From: Gemmatimonadaceae bacterium
GTDB taxonomy: Bacteria; Gemmatimonadota; Gemmatimonadetes; Gemmatimonadales; Gemmatimonadaceae
DNA length: 64,000 nucleotides
Direction: 5' to 3'
Assembly (NCBI GenBank): GCA_035575795.1
Contig: DATLXE010000559.1
Coordinates: forward strand, 3,497 to 67,496
Shown in pieces: positions 49,140-57,579 of this stretch. Each line of letters begins with the position of its first letter. The stretch's first letter is position 1. The notes under the pieces are model-generated. The model worked only from the letters and a program-made list of their open reading frames with translations, searched no databases and was not told the DNA's origin. The translations under genes were made by a program, and so were the position numbers.

Positions 49140-50021
49140 TTAGCGCGGCAGACTCTTCGCCATCCAGCCGGGCGATGCAGCCGCCGGCTTGAATACGGAC
49201 AGCGTACCGGCGTAGGGAAGCACGAGCTCTTTTCGGAAGTACTGTACCATGCCCTGCCCATCGTATAGCCCCCGGAACGCAACGGGTGACATTTTCATCA
49301 CCGTTCGCACGTGTCGCCCGAAACTCTGCGGCGACGAGTAGTCGAGATGATTGGCTACGCGCGCGACTGACAATCCCGAATTCTCGAACAGCCGCGCGGC
49401 GCTCACCAGCCGGGCAAGAGAGAGATATCGTTTCGGCGCGGGCAGCTTTGCGCGGAAGAACCTGCTCATCAGCGTGCTCGGCAGAATGTTCATGTTACGC
49501 GCGAGCTGCCGCACCGTCGAGATTCTGGGCGCGCCACTGAACAGGAGCTCGAAGAAGCGCCAGCAGTCGGGAGAAATCTCGGGGAGATCCAGACTGATCT
49601 GCGACAGCGCAGAGCGCTGCAGGTCGCTCGAGCCGTGCGATGCGAGAAGATTTCGGAGCGTCTGCCACCCAGTCGGCAGTCGCGCATCGACGAGGGTGCG
49701 CACACCGAGCTGGCCGAGTGCGAGAGTGGAGTGCGGTGTGGAATTCTGCGTTTCAGTGAGGAGCGCGACCGCTGGAATTCTCGGGAATTCGCGAACCATC
49801 GCTGCAACACGCGAGGAGTTCTGCATTCCGTAGCGCGTGACGGAGATCAGGACGAGACTGGCTCGCCGCTGCCTCAGATCGGAGATGACCTCGTCGAGAG
49901 ATTCGCGGTGCAGTGGATCGCACAGCCCTTGCGCCGCGGCGTCGACCCGCGATCGTTCCGATGGAGTCAGCATCGTTGACACAGGAGATCTTTCGGGAGC
50001 GCGCCTCGTTCCTGCCGCCAT
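49140..50021 (-). CDS. AraC-family transcriptional regulator with receiver-like N-terminus
   Basis: C-terminal VANHLDYSSPQSFGRH HTH; GGAGG SD before ATG 50021. Confidence 0.8.
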   Translation of the reverse strand: MAAGTRRAPERSPVSTMLTPSERSRVDAAAQGLCDPLHRESLDEVISDLRQRRASLVLISVTRYGMQNSSRVAAMVREFPRIPAVALLTETQNSTPHSTLALGQLGVRTLVDARLPTGWQTLRNLLASHGSSDLQRSALSQISLDLPEISPDCWRFFELLFSGAPRISTVRQLARNMNILPSTLMSRFFRAKLPAPKRYLSLARLVSAARLFENSGLSVARVANHLDYSSPQSFGRHVRTVMKMSPVAFRGLYDGQGMVQYFRKELVLPYAGTLSVFKPAAASPGWMAKSLPR

Positions 50022-50142
50022 GGTGGAATCCTCCGGGTTACCGTACGCGGACAAGGTTACAGGGGTCCGTCAGAGGCGCGTCACGACACTGTGCGCAGGT
50101 GCCTCCAGGCGCTCACAAATCGTCAGAGGCTATATTTGGAGA

Positions 50143-50520
50143 GAGATCGGTCGGACGATCGCGGAAATAGTACCTTTCAGGTACGATTTCGAGGAAAGTC
50201 CGGGCTCCATTGGACAGGCTGCCAGGTAACACCTGGGCACAGGCGGCGTGAGCTGCTTACGTGACGGACAGTGCCACAGAGAACAGACCGCCACTTCGGT
50301 GGTAAGGGTGAAAAGGTGGGGTAAGAGCCTACCGCGCGCATGGCAACATGCGTGGCACGGCAAACCCCGGCTGGAGCAAGGCCAAATATGCGGCGAGGAG
50401 CGTCCACTCCGAATAAAACGCCGCGGGTAGGCTGCTGGAGAGTGCGGGTGACCGTACTCCTAGATAAATGATCGTCCGGATCTTCGGGTCCGACAGAACC
50501 CGGCTTACAGACCGATCGCT
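50143..50520 (+). ncRNA. rnpB: RNase P RNA (type A)
   Basis: GAGGAAAGTCCGGGC (50191), AGTGCCACAGA, GGTAAGGGTGAAAAGGTGGGGTAAGAGC, GAGCAAG and ACAGAACCCGGCTTA conserved blocks; P1 GATCGGTC/GACCGATC; TATATT -10 at 50131. Confidence 0.96.
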
Positions 50521-50527
50521 TGCACTC

Positions 50528-50570
50528 GAACGGCCTCCGCGAGAAACTTTCGTCGGAGGCCGTTCTTCAT
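50528..50570 (+). terminator. hairpin downstream of rnpB
   Basis: 12-bp perfect stem GAACGGCCTCCG / CGGAGGCCGTTC; weak U tract. Confidence 0.65.
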
Positions 50571-50590
50571 CGGACCACGGAGAGAAGCTG

Positions 50591-51469
50591 GTGAGACTTG
50601 CAACGACAGCGTTCACGTTTCTACTCATGGCGTCGGGTGCATGCGCGCCGGCACGTCGTTCCAGTCCCGTGCCCCTGCCGCGAGCCTCTGAACCCGCACA
50701 ACCGGTTCCGCCTGTCGTTGCCATTCCGCTCTCGGAAGCACCTGGACCATGGAGCCTCTCCTATGCCAGCGGTAGCACAGGCTATCGCATCACGCGTACG
50801 AGCACGATAGAGGATCGTTCAGGAACAGGCGGGCGCCGCGAGGTCTCGAGTGACCGACGGCGTGAAACGATATCGCTGACGGTGGAATCGCCGACCAGGA
50901 TTACCGTCGAGGCGGTACTCGATAGTCTCGAGCTCACTCCCTCACCCGCTGCAACCGACACGCTCACGCCGGCGGTACGAATGTCCGCCGACCTTTCCAA
51001 CGGACAGCTGCATATCAAGACAGAAGATTCATCCAATGGTTGCGCGCGCGAACGAGCGAATCTCGCTGCAGATTTGCGCGTCCTTGCGCCAGTAATGCCT
51101 GAGACACTGGTGAAAAACGCCAGTTGGACGAGCTCCGATTCGACGACCCTGTGTCAGGCGGGAATCCTGATGCGGTCCGTTGCCAGCCACACCTACACGG
51201 TGCTGGGCGAAGCAGGGGGCAGTTTCGCCGGGCTCGTCCAGGTGAGAAGAATCAGCTCGATTCGAGGAGAGGGCGAAGGAGCACAGCAGCAGCATCGCGT
51301 GAAATTGTCGGCGGCGGGAACTGAGACGTCCGACTACTACCTGGAGACACCCACCGGACGCATCAACACGCTTCACAGTGATCAGCAACTCGACATTCAG
51401 ATCGGGAATTCCGGGCGCGTGCATCGTTTTGCACAGCAAACCCGCCGAGAGTATTCCGCGGTCCGCTAG
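50591..51469 (+). CDS. hypothetical lipoprotein
   Basis: GTG start, lipobox SGAC, Pro-rich linker, beta-rich body; the ORF-track N-extension overlaps rnpB. Confidence 0.6.
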   Translation: MRLATTAFTFLLMASGACAPARRSSPVPLPRASEPAQPVPPVVAIPLSEAPGPWSLSYASGSTGYRITRTSTIEDRSGTGGRREVSSDRRRETISLTVESPTRITVEAVLDSLELTPSPAATDTLTPAVRMSADLSNGQLHIKTEDSSNGCARERANLAADLRVLAPVMPETLVKNASWTSSDSTTLCQAGILMRSVASHTYTVLGEAGGSFAGLVQVRRISSIRGEGEGAQQQHRVKLSAAGTETSDYYLETPTGRINTLHSDQQLDIQIGNSGRVHRFAQQTRREYSAVR

Positions 51470-52578
51470 TCCACGAGACGCAGCGGCATCACCAGGCACA
51501 TGTACGTCGCGGGATCGCTCCACCCTTCCGGCTCGATCGTGGCAGCCCGCTCAGGAGCCTTGAAGGTGAGCCGCACTTCATCAGTCGGGATGTAGCGAAG
51601 GATCTCGAGCAGGTAGTTCGCGTTGAAGCCGATATCGAGCTGATCTCCCGTGTACCGAATTGGCAGTTCGTCCTGGGCTTCGCCAAGGTCCGGAGTCTGG
51701 ACGCTGAACTTCAGCATTCCCGAGTTGAACGACAGGCGGATGCGATGTGTCTGGTCGGAAGCAATGACCGACATGCGCTTGAGCGCGCTTGTCAGGGCAA
51801 CTTTATCGGCCGTTGCCACCCGATCATTATCCTTCGGGATGACCTGTTCGTAGTTCGGATAGGGACCTTCGATCAGGCGGGTGAATACCGCGGTGAACGG
51901 GGAACGAAACCCGATGTGGTTATCGCCACGGGCAATCTCCAGCTCTTCCTCAGCGGGGAACAGCCTGCGTATCTGCTCGAGCGCCTTTGGCGGAACGATG
52001 AGGTCGCTCGACGGAGCATTGGTGGAATTGATCGGCATTTCCATCTTGGCCAGCCGGTGCCCGTTCGTCGCAACCATCCGCATGTTGTCCGGACGAAGCT
52101 CCCACAGAACACCATTCAGGATGGGCCGGCTCTCCTCCGACGAAACCGCAAACGAGGTGTGCGAAATCAGTTGCTGGAGGTCGCCAGACCGAATACGCCA
52201 GCTCTCGTTAAAGCGAACCGAAGGGAACGTCGGAAATTCATCCCGCGGCAATCCAAGAAGCTTGAATCGTGAGCGGCCGCATTCGATCGTAACACGCTGC
52301 TCTCCAACCGCACTGATTTTTACTGGAGCTGGCGGGAGCTCTCTCGCAATTTCCGACAGCTTCTTCGCCGGCACTGTTACCGCGCCAGGTGCGTCAACAT
52401 CCGCTGCGACCTCGGTACTTACGGCAATGTCGAGATCCGTACCTGAAAGCTTGATGCCCTTATCAGTTGTCTCGAGGAGAATATTGGCGAGAACAGGCAA
52501 CGTCGTTTTTGCCGGGATGCTGGCGGCTACCGCAGCGAGTCCTTCCTGGAGCTTCTCACGGGAGATCGTGAAGCGCAT
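51466..52578 (-). CDS. dnaN: DNA polymerase III beta sliding clamp
   Basis: GTDLD, RPILNGV, ATNGHRL, GPYPNY, GFNANYL, VMPLRL. Confidence 0.97.
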   Translation of the reverse strand: MRFTISREKLQEGLAAVAASIPAKTTLPVLANILLETTDKGIKLSGTDLDIAVSTEVAADVDAPGAVTVPAKKLSEIARELPPAPVKISAVGEQRVTIECGRSRFKLLGLPRDEFPTFPSVRFNESWRIRSGDLQQLISHTSFAVSSEESRPILNGVLWELRPDNMRMVATNGHRLAKMEMPINSTNAPSSDLIVPPKALEQIRRLFPAEEELEIARGDNHIGFRSPFTAVFTRLIEGPYPNYEQVIPKDNDRVATADKVALTSALKRMSVIASDQTHRIRLSFNSGMLKFSVQTPDLGEAQDELPIRYTGDQLDIGFNANYLLEILRYIPTDEVRLTFKAPERAATIEPEGWSDPATYMCLVMPLRLVD

Positions 52579-52850
52579 CCTACCCCTTTGTGGAATTCTC
52601 GGTGGGCTATCTGGTACTGCTTTTCAGAAAAGAAAAGTAGCAGTAGTAGTAGGCTCTGTGGACTACTCGGCGGACTGCCTAAGTTATGAAGGCGGTGTCT
52701 TTTCCGCCACGCCATTTAATGTGTGGTCGACGTTTATAACTCAGGTTGTCGCCGGATGTCGACATCGTTCTGGCGCAGGCGTCGCTTATCCACGGTGCCC
52801 TGGTGGGGATTTCCGAGCGTTTCAAGGATAGTTCTGACTTTTCCCACACG
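52579..52850. other. oriC: probable oriC (DnaA boxes, DnaA-trios, A-rich unwinding region)
   Basis: Lies between dnaA and dnaN. A-rich tract, then TAG CAG TAG TAG TAG (52638-52652), GCTC, TGTGGACTA (52657-52665). Further box-like 9-mers at 52589, 52786 (TTATCCACG) and 52840. Confidence 0.8.
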
Positions 52851-54200
52851 GCTCCGGAGCTCGTCGCTCGAGCCCATGTCGTTTTCGACCTTGTCGAGAC
52901 TGTGGATCACAGTGGAGTGATCCCTTTTGCCAAAAGCGTTTCCAATCTCCACGAGTGGAGTTCCGAGCATCTCGCGAGTGAGATAGATGGCAATCTGTCG
53001 TGGCACAGTGAGGTTTTTCGTACGCATCTTCGACCGAAGTCCCTCTGCTGTGACACCCCACTCTCTGGCAACAGTCTGCTGGATCGCGATTATCGTGAGT
53101 GATGCAGATTCTGCCTGAGTGCCCTGGTCTGCTCCGCGGAGCTTGTCGCGAAGAGCCTCACGTGCGACCTCGACGGTAATGTCCTCGTGCTTGAGCGAAG
53201 CGTATGCGAGCAGCTTGATGATGGATCCCTCGAGCTCCCGCACGCTCGATCTCACATTCTCCGCGATGAAGTGAATGACCTCATCGGGAATGGTCAGCTC
53301 GAGATGGTCGAGCTGAGCCTTTTGCTGCAGGATCGCAACGCGGTGCTCAAAATCCGGAGCATCGATGTCGGCTACCATTCCCCACTCGAACCGGCTAACA
53401 AGACGGGCCTCGAGACCGGCAATGTCGGAAGGCGCACGATCGCTGGTGAGAACTATCTGGCGGCCACCTTCGTAAAGTGCGTTGAAGGTGTGAAAGAACT
53501 CTTCCTGCGTTGATTCCTTACCCTTCAGGAAATGGACATCGTCGACCAGTAGCAGGTCCGTTTCGCGGTATCGCTTACGAAAATCCGGCGTCTTGCGCTC
53601 ACCGATCGAACGAATGAACTCGTTCATGAACTGCTCCGCGCCGACGTAAGTGATGCGCGCGCTCGGGTTACGCTGTCGCGTTTCGTGTGCTACGGCCTGC
53701 ATCAGGTGCGTCTTGCCAAGCCCGGTCGCTCCGTAGATGAAGAGCGGATTGTAGACCTTGCCGGGCGCCTGGCTGACAGCGTGGGCAGTGGCAGCGGCCA
53801 TCTCGTTCGACTTGCCGATGACAAAAAGGTCGAAGGTATATCTCTCGCTCAATGGCGTCGAAGTGACGCCGTTGTGCTGTAGACCTGTCTTTAATGAAGT
53901 CGTGGCAGGTGGCGCAACGAAGAAATCCATCTGCGGCCGCTTCTTCCGCTCCTCGTGTACGCGAAATACAACGGTAAGGGGGTAACCCAGCGCGATCGGG
54001 GCGAAAGACGCAAACATCGTGGCGTGTTTCGACTCATTCCAGTCGGCGGTAAACTGATCTGGAGCGCCGACAATCAGCGTCGAACCCTCGATCGAAAGCG
54101 CTTCTGTCGGTTCGAGCCAGGCCTGAAAAGTTTGCTGTGGGAGCTCCTGCCGGGCGCGATCCAGCAAACGTTTCCAGACTTCCGACGGGCTCAGAGACAT
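52734..54200 (-). CDS. dnaA: chromosomal replication initiator
   Basis: YTFD.FV.G.SN, YNPLFIYG.TGLGKTHL, DDV, QEEFFHTFN, RELEG, RDHSTV. Confidence 0.98.
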   Translation of the reverse strand: MSLSPSEVWKRLLDRARQELPQQTFQAWLEPTEALSIEGSTLIVGAPDQFTADWNESKHATMFASFAPIALGYPLTVVFRVHEERKKRPQMDFFVAPPATTSLKTGLQHNGVTSTPLSERYTFDLFVIGKSNEMAAATAHAVSQAPGKVYNPLFIYGATGLGKTHLMQAVAHETRQRNPSARITYVGAEQFMNEFIRSIGERKTPDFRKRYRETDLLLVDDVHFLKGKESTQEEFFHTFNALYEGGRQIVLTSDRAPSDIAGLEARLVSRFEWGMVADIDAPDFEHRVAILQQKAQLDHLELTIPDEVIHFIAENVRSSVRELEGSIIKLLAYASLKHEDITVEVAREALRDKLRGADQGTQAESASLTIIAIQQTVAREWGVTAEGLRSKMRTKNLTVPRQIAIYLTREMLGTPLVEIGNAFGKRDHSTVIHSLDKVENDMGSSDELRSRVGKVRTILETLGNPHQGTVDKRRLRQNDVDIRRQPEL

Positions 54201-54223
54201 GACGCGCTAACCTGCCCGGTTTA

Positions 54224-54232
54224 TGTGGAAAA
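54224..54232 (-). promoter_or_regulatory. DnaA box upstream of dnaA (autoregulation)
   Basis: TTTTCCACA on the minus strand, 24 bp upstream of the dnaA start. Confidence 0.65.
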
Positions 54233-54343
54233 GTCAAACCACTGTGATGCGAAATGCTTCAGGTCGCTTGACCTATCTTCAATGGTGGGATAGTTTTACC
54301 GGTTCTCTGCCGTAAAGATCTTATTGGTTTCTGGAGTATCGTA

Positions 54344-54508
54344 ATGGGCAAGCCCACCTACCGTCCCCGCAACAAACGCCGCATCCGGACTCACGGTTTC
54401 CGGCTCAGGATGGCAACCAGATGGGGACGTGAAGTTCTTAGCCGCCGTCGCAAGAAGGGACGCAAACGGCTTACTGTCCAGTTGCCGACCAAGTACGCCG
54501 GCGCGTGA
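54344..54508 (+). CDS. rpmH: 50S ribosomal protein L34
   Basis: Manual translation [54 protein letters not shown] (54 aa, below ORF-track cutoff); GGAG SD. Confidence 0.96.
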   Translation: MGKPTYRPRNKRRIRTHGFRLRMATRWGREVLSRRRKKGRKRLTVQLPTKYAGA

Positions 54509-54863
54509 CGGTTTCGGCTTTCCTCGCAGCCACAGGCTGACGAAGGAAGCCGACCTCGAGGCAGTACGACGAACAGGGAAGCGCATGCACACCGACCATC
54601 TCGAGGCTCGGGCGGCCGCTTCCCTGTTGCTCAATCCACGGATTGGTGTCGTCGTGCCGAAATACAAGCAACGAATTATCGCACGCAACCGGTTGAAGCG
54701 AAGGTTGCGTGAGTTGGCGCGAACGCAGCTGCTGCCGGCGCTCGGACAACTTGACCTTCTTATCAGAGCCAAACCCGGTGCGTACCGATCTACATTTGCC
54801 GAGCTCACTTCCGACATCGAGTCGATTGCACGGTGGGCGGATAGTCTCTGCCAGGCTCCCTGA
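54429..54863 (+). CDS. rnpA: RNase P protein component (start uncertain)
   Basis: [18 protein letters not shown] motif [17 protein letters not shown]; lies between rpmH and yidD. Confidence 0.88.
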   Translation: MKFLAAVARRDANGLLSSCRPSTPARDGFGFPRSHRLTKEADLEAVRRTGKRMHTDHLEARAAASLLLNPRIGVVVPKYKQRIIARNRLKRRLRELARTQLLPALGQLDLLIRAKPGAYRSTFAELTSDIESIARWADSLCQAP

Positions 54864-55073
54864 ATGCGGGCGATATTTATCCGCCTGATCCGCGGTTACC
54901 AGCTGGGAGTCTCTCCACTTCTCCCCGCCAGTTGCCGTTACTATCCAACCTGTTCGGCCTACGCGCTCGAAGCCTTCGAGCGTTACGGTGTCATGAAGGG
55001 TGCCTGGCTCACCACCGGCCGTATCCTCCGCTGTCACCCCTTTCGGCCTGGCGGATACGACCCGGTCCCTTGA
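54864..55073 (+). CDS. yidD: membrane protein insertion efficiency factor
   Basis: [25 protein letters not shown]. Confidence 0.96.
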   Translation: MRAIFIRLIRGYQLGVSPLLPASCRYYPTCSAYALEAFERYGVMKGAWLTTGRILRCHPFRPGGYDPVP

Positions 55074-56783
55074 ATGGATAAGCGTTTGGATAAGCGTTTT
55101 TTTCTTGCGTTGTTTCTATCGCTGATCGTTATCGCGATCACGCAGTTCCTGTTTCCGTCACCAAAGCAGATTCCCGCCGTACCGATGACTGCGCAGGATA
55201 GCGCCGCATCTATTCGGGAGGTCGCTCCGAACACCGGCACTGTACCGGTCGTGCGTAGCGATTCTGCAACCGTCGGAGGACTAACCTCACCCGTGCCCGC
55301 ACCGGGCGTGGTAGCAACTCCGGTTGCTGGGGCCATTGTTGCTGAAACCACGTCGGTTGTCACGCCGAAGGCGCGCTACCAGTTCAGCAGCATCGGAGCC
55401 GCTCCTGTATCGATCGTCATCAGCGCTTATCAGAATCGCTCCCCCGGCGGCGGACCTGTTGACCTGGCGGTGCGCGGAGCTCCACTGCTCGGTTACCGGC
55501 TTGTTCTCCCCGCTGACACTGTCGCTCTCGACCGTGTTCCGTTTCGGATGTCCAGGACTGCGGTCCCAGGCGGCGGCGAGCAGCTTCGGTATGATGCGAC
55601 TGTCGGCACTACTGGCGTCGTCATCAACTACGCAATCCCGGCAGACACGTTAGCGAGCTATACCATGAAGGTGACGGGAACTCTTACCGGCATCACGGGC
55701 CAGGCCTTCCTGCTCGTGGACCTTCCGAAAACACTGCGGTCCGCCGAGTCTGATACTGCCGCCGACTACCAGAGTCTGGCCTACAGCTTCAAGCCCACTC
55801 GCGACCGCGCGGGGAGCGTGCTGTTCGACAAGCTCGATCCCGGCGAGAAGAGACTCCAGCCCGGACCCCTCACTTGGGTTGCCGTCAAGAACAAGTACTT
55901 CGTGCTCGGTATGCTCGCGCTAAAGGACGGAGTGCCGTTCAGCGAAGTGACGCTCACCGGCGGCCCTCGGCTGACAAACATCGCGAACACCGCCTCGGCG
56001 ACCGCTGTCCAGGCTCTCCGGAACAACGGCTTCGCGTTCGAGATGTATGCCGGACCGCAGGAATCGCAGCGGCTGATGGCCCTGGGCAGAGAGTTCGACA
56101 CCGTGAATCCATATGGCTGGGGATTCATGCAGGGAATGGTGCATCCGATTGCCTCGAAAGTGATCGAGGCGCTGTTGTGGATGCACAACCGCCTCAATCT
56201 CAGCTATGGATGGGTGCTCGTCATACTCGGCATCCTGATCAGGCTTGCGCTCTGGCCGCTCAATCAGAGCACGATGCGATCGAGTCTCAAGATGCAGGAG
56301 CTGCAGCCGAAACTCGCCGCGGTGCAAAAGAAGTACAAGGACAATCCGCTCAAGCAGCGTGAAGCGATAATGGCCGTGTACAGTGAGGCGGGAGTGAGTC
56401 CGTTCGCGGGCCTCACCGGATGCCTTCCCGCGCTCCTGCCAATGCCGATTCTTTTCGCGCTCTTCTTCGTGTTCCAGAACACGATCGAGTTCCGAGGCGT
56501 TCCATTCCTCTGGCTGCACGACATCTCGATCAAGGATCCTTTCTACATCCTGCCGATTCTGATGGGCCTCTCGATGTACGTGCTGTCCTGGATCGGAATG
56601 AGAAACGCGCCGCCGAACCCGCAGGCTAAGATGATGATGTACATGTTCCCGGTCATGATGACGGCGGTGCTGCTGAACATGGCGTCGGGGCTCAACCTGT
56701 ACTACACGGCGCAAAACGTTGCCGCGCTGCCGCAACAGTGGCTGCTGGCGCGAGAGCGCGCGCGTGTCCGCGCCGCCGTCTAG
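55074..56783 (+). CDS. yidC: membrane protein insertase
   Basis: N-terminal TM, periplasmic domain, YAGP, KMQELQPK, GCLP, DPFYILP, GLNLY. Confidence 0.96.
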   Translation: MDKRLDKRFFLALFLSLIVIAITQFLFPSPKQIPAVPMTAQDSAASIREVAPNTGTVPVVRSDSATVGGLTSPVPAPGVVATPVAGAIVAETTSVVTPKARYQFSSIGAAPVSIVISAYQNRSPGGGPVDLAVRGAPLLGYRLVLPADTVALDRVPFRMSRTAVPGGGEQLRYDATVGTTGVVINYAIPADTLASYTMKVTGTLTGITGQAFLLVDLPKTLRSAESDTAADYQSLAYSFKPTRDRAGSVLFDKLDPGEKRLQPGPLTWVAVKNKYFVLGMLALKDGVPFSEVTLTGGPRLTNIANTASATAVQALRNNGFAFEMYAGPQESQRLMALGREFDTVNPYGWGFMQGMVHPIASKVIEALLWMHNRLNLSYGWVLVILGILIRLALWPLNQSTMRSSLKMQELQPKLAAVQKKYKDNPLKQREAIMAVYSEAGVSPFAGLTGCLPALLPMPILFALFFVFQNTIEFRGVPFLWLHDISIKDPFYILPILMGLSMYVLSWIGMRNAPPNPQAKMMMYMFPVMMTAVLLNMASGLNLYYTAQNVAALPQQWLLARERARVRAAV

Positions 56784-56787
56784 GTAA

Positions 56788-57579
56788 ATGCTCCGCGTAA
56801 CCTATATCGGTCACGCAACGCTGCTGATCGAGGTGAACGGAAAACTCATTCTTACCGACCCCAATTTCGAGCTCACGCTCGGACGTTTTCTGCCGAGGGT
56901 GAGCGCGCCGGGAATCGCGCTCGACGCGCTCCCGAAGCTCGATGCGATCCTTCTCACCCACGCCCACGCGGATCACCTTTCCTTCAAGTCGCTCGATGCG
57001 CTGCCGAGGGACATTCCACTGTTCGCTCCGCCGGTCGTCGCGCAGTGGCTAGTGAAGCAGCGCTACACCCATGCGGTACCGCTCGCACCCGGCGAATCGA
57101 CGGAGCTCGACACCCTGACAATCCGTGCCGCGTCGGCAACGCATCGCGGAAATCGTTACGGCGTCGACCGGTGGCGAGCCGATGCGAATATGTACCTGAT
57201 GGATACTAATAGCGTCTCGTGCTTTTTCGCCGGTGACACGGCGTTGATGGATGACAGCACCCACCTTGTCGACCGTCATGTGCGGGACAAGGAGCGCACG
57301 CTCGATCTGGCGCTTCTGCCGATCGGCCACGCCCCCTGGTGGAAGCGAAGCGGATTCAGAAAGGGCCACCTGACGACCGACGATGCACTCACCTTTTTCG
57401 AGCGGCTGAACGCCCGGTTCCTGATTCCATATCATTGGGGGACGTTCAATCACGTCACCTCGACGGCGTACGATGCGATCAACCGCCTTCGTTCGACTCT
57501 CGAGACCTACGCCCACCACACCTCCGTCCGGATCCTCGAGCCGGGAATGACCTTCGAGCTCCCGCCCAAGAGCGCGTGA
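56788..57579 (+). CDS. metallo-beta-lactamase fold hydrolase (UlaG/RomA-like)
   Basis: YIGHAT, TDP, THAHADHL, FAGDT, LPIG, PYHWGTF. Confidence 0.88.
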   Translation: MLRVTYIGHATLLIEVNGKLILTDPNFELTLGRFLPRVSAPGIALDALPKLDAILLTHAHADHLSFKSLDALPRDIPLFAPPVVAQWLVKQRYTHAVPLAPGESTELDTLTIRAASATHRGNRYGVDRWRADANMYLMDTNSVSCFFAGDTALMDDSTHLVDRHVRDKERTLDLALLPIGHAPWWKRSGFRKGHLTTDDALTFFERLNARFLIPYHWGTFNHVTSTAYDAINRLRSTLETYAHHTSVRILEPGMTFELPPKSA

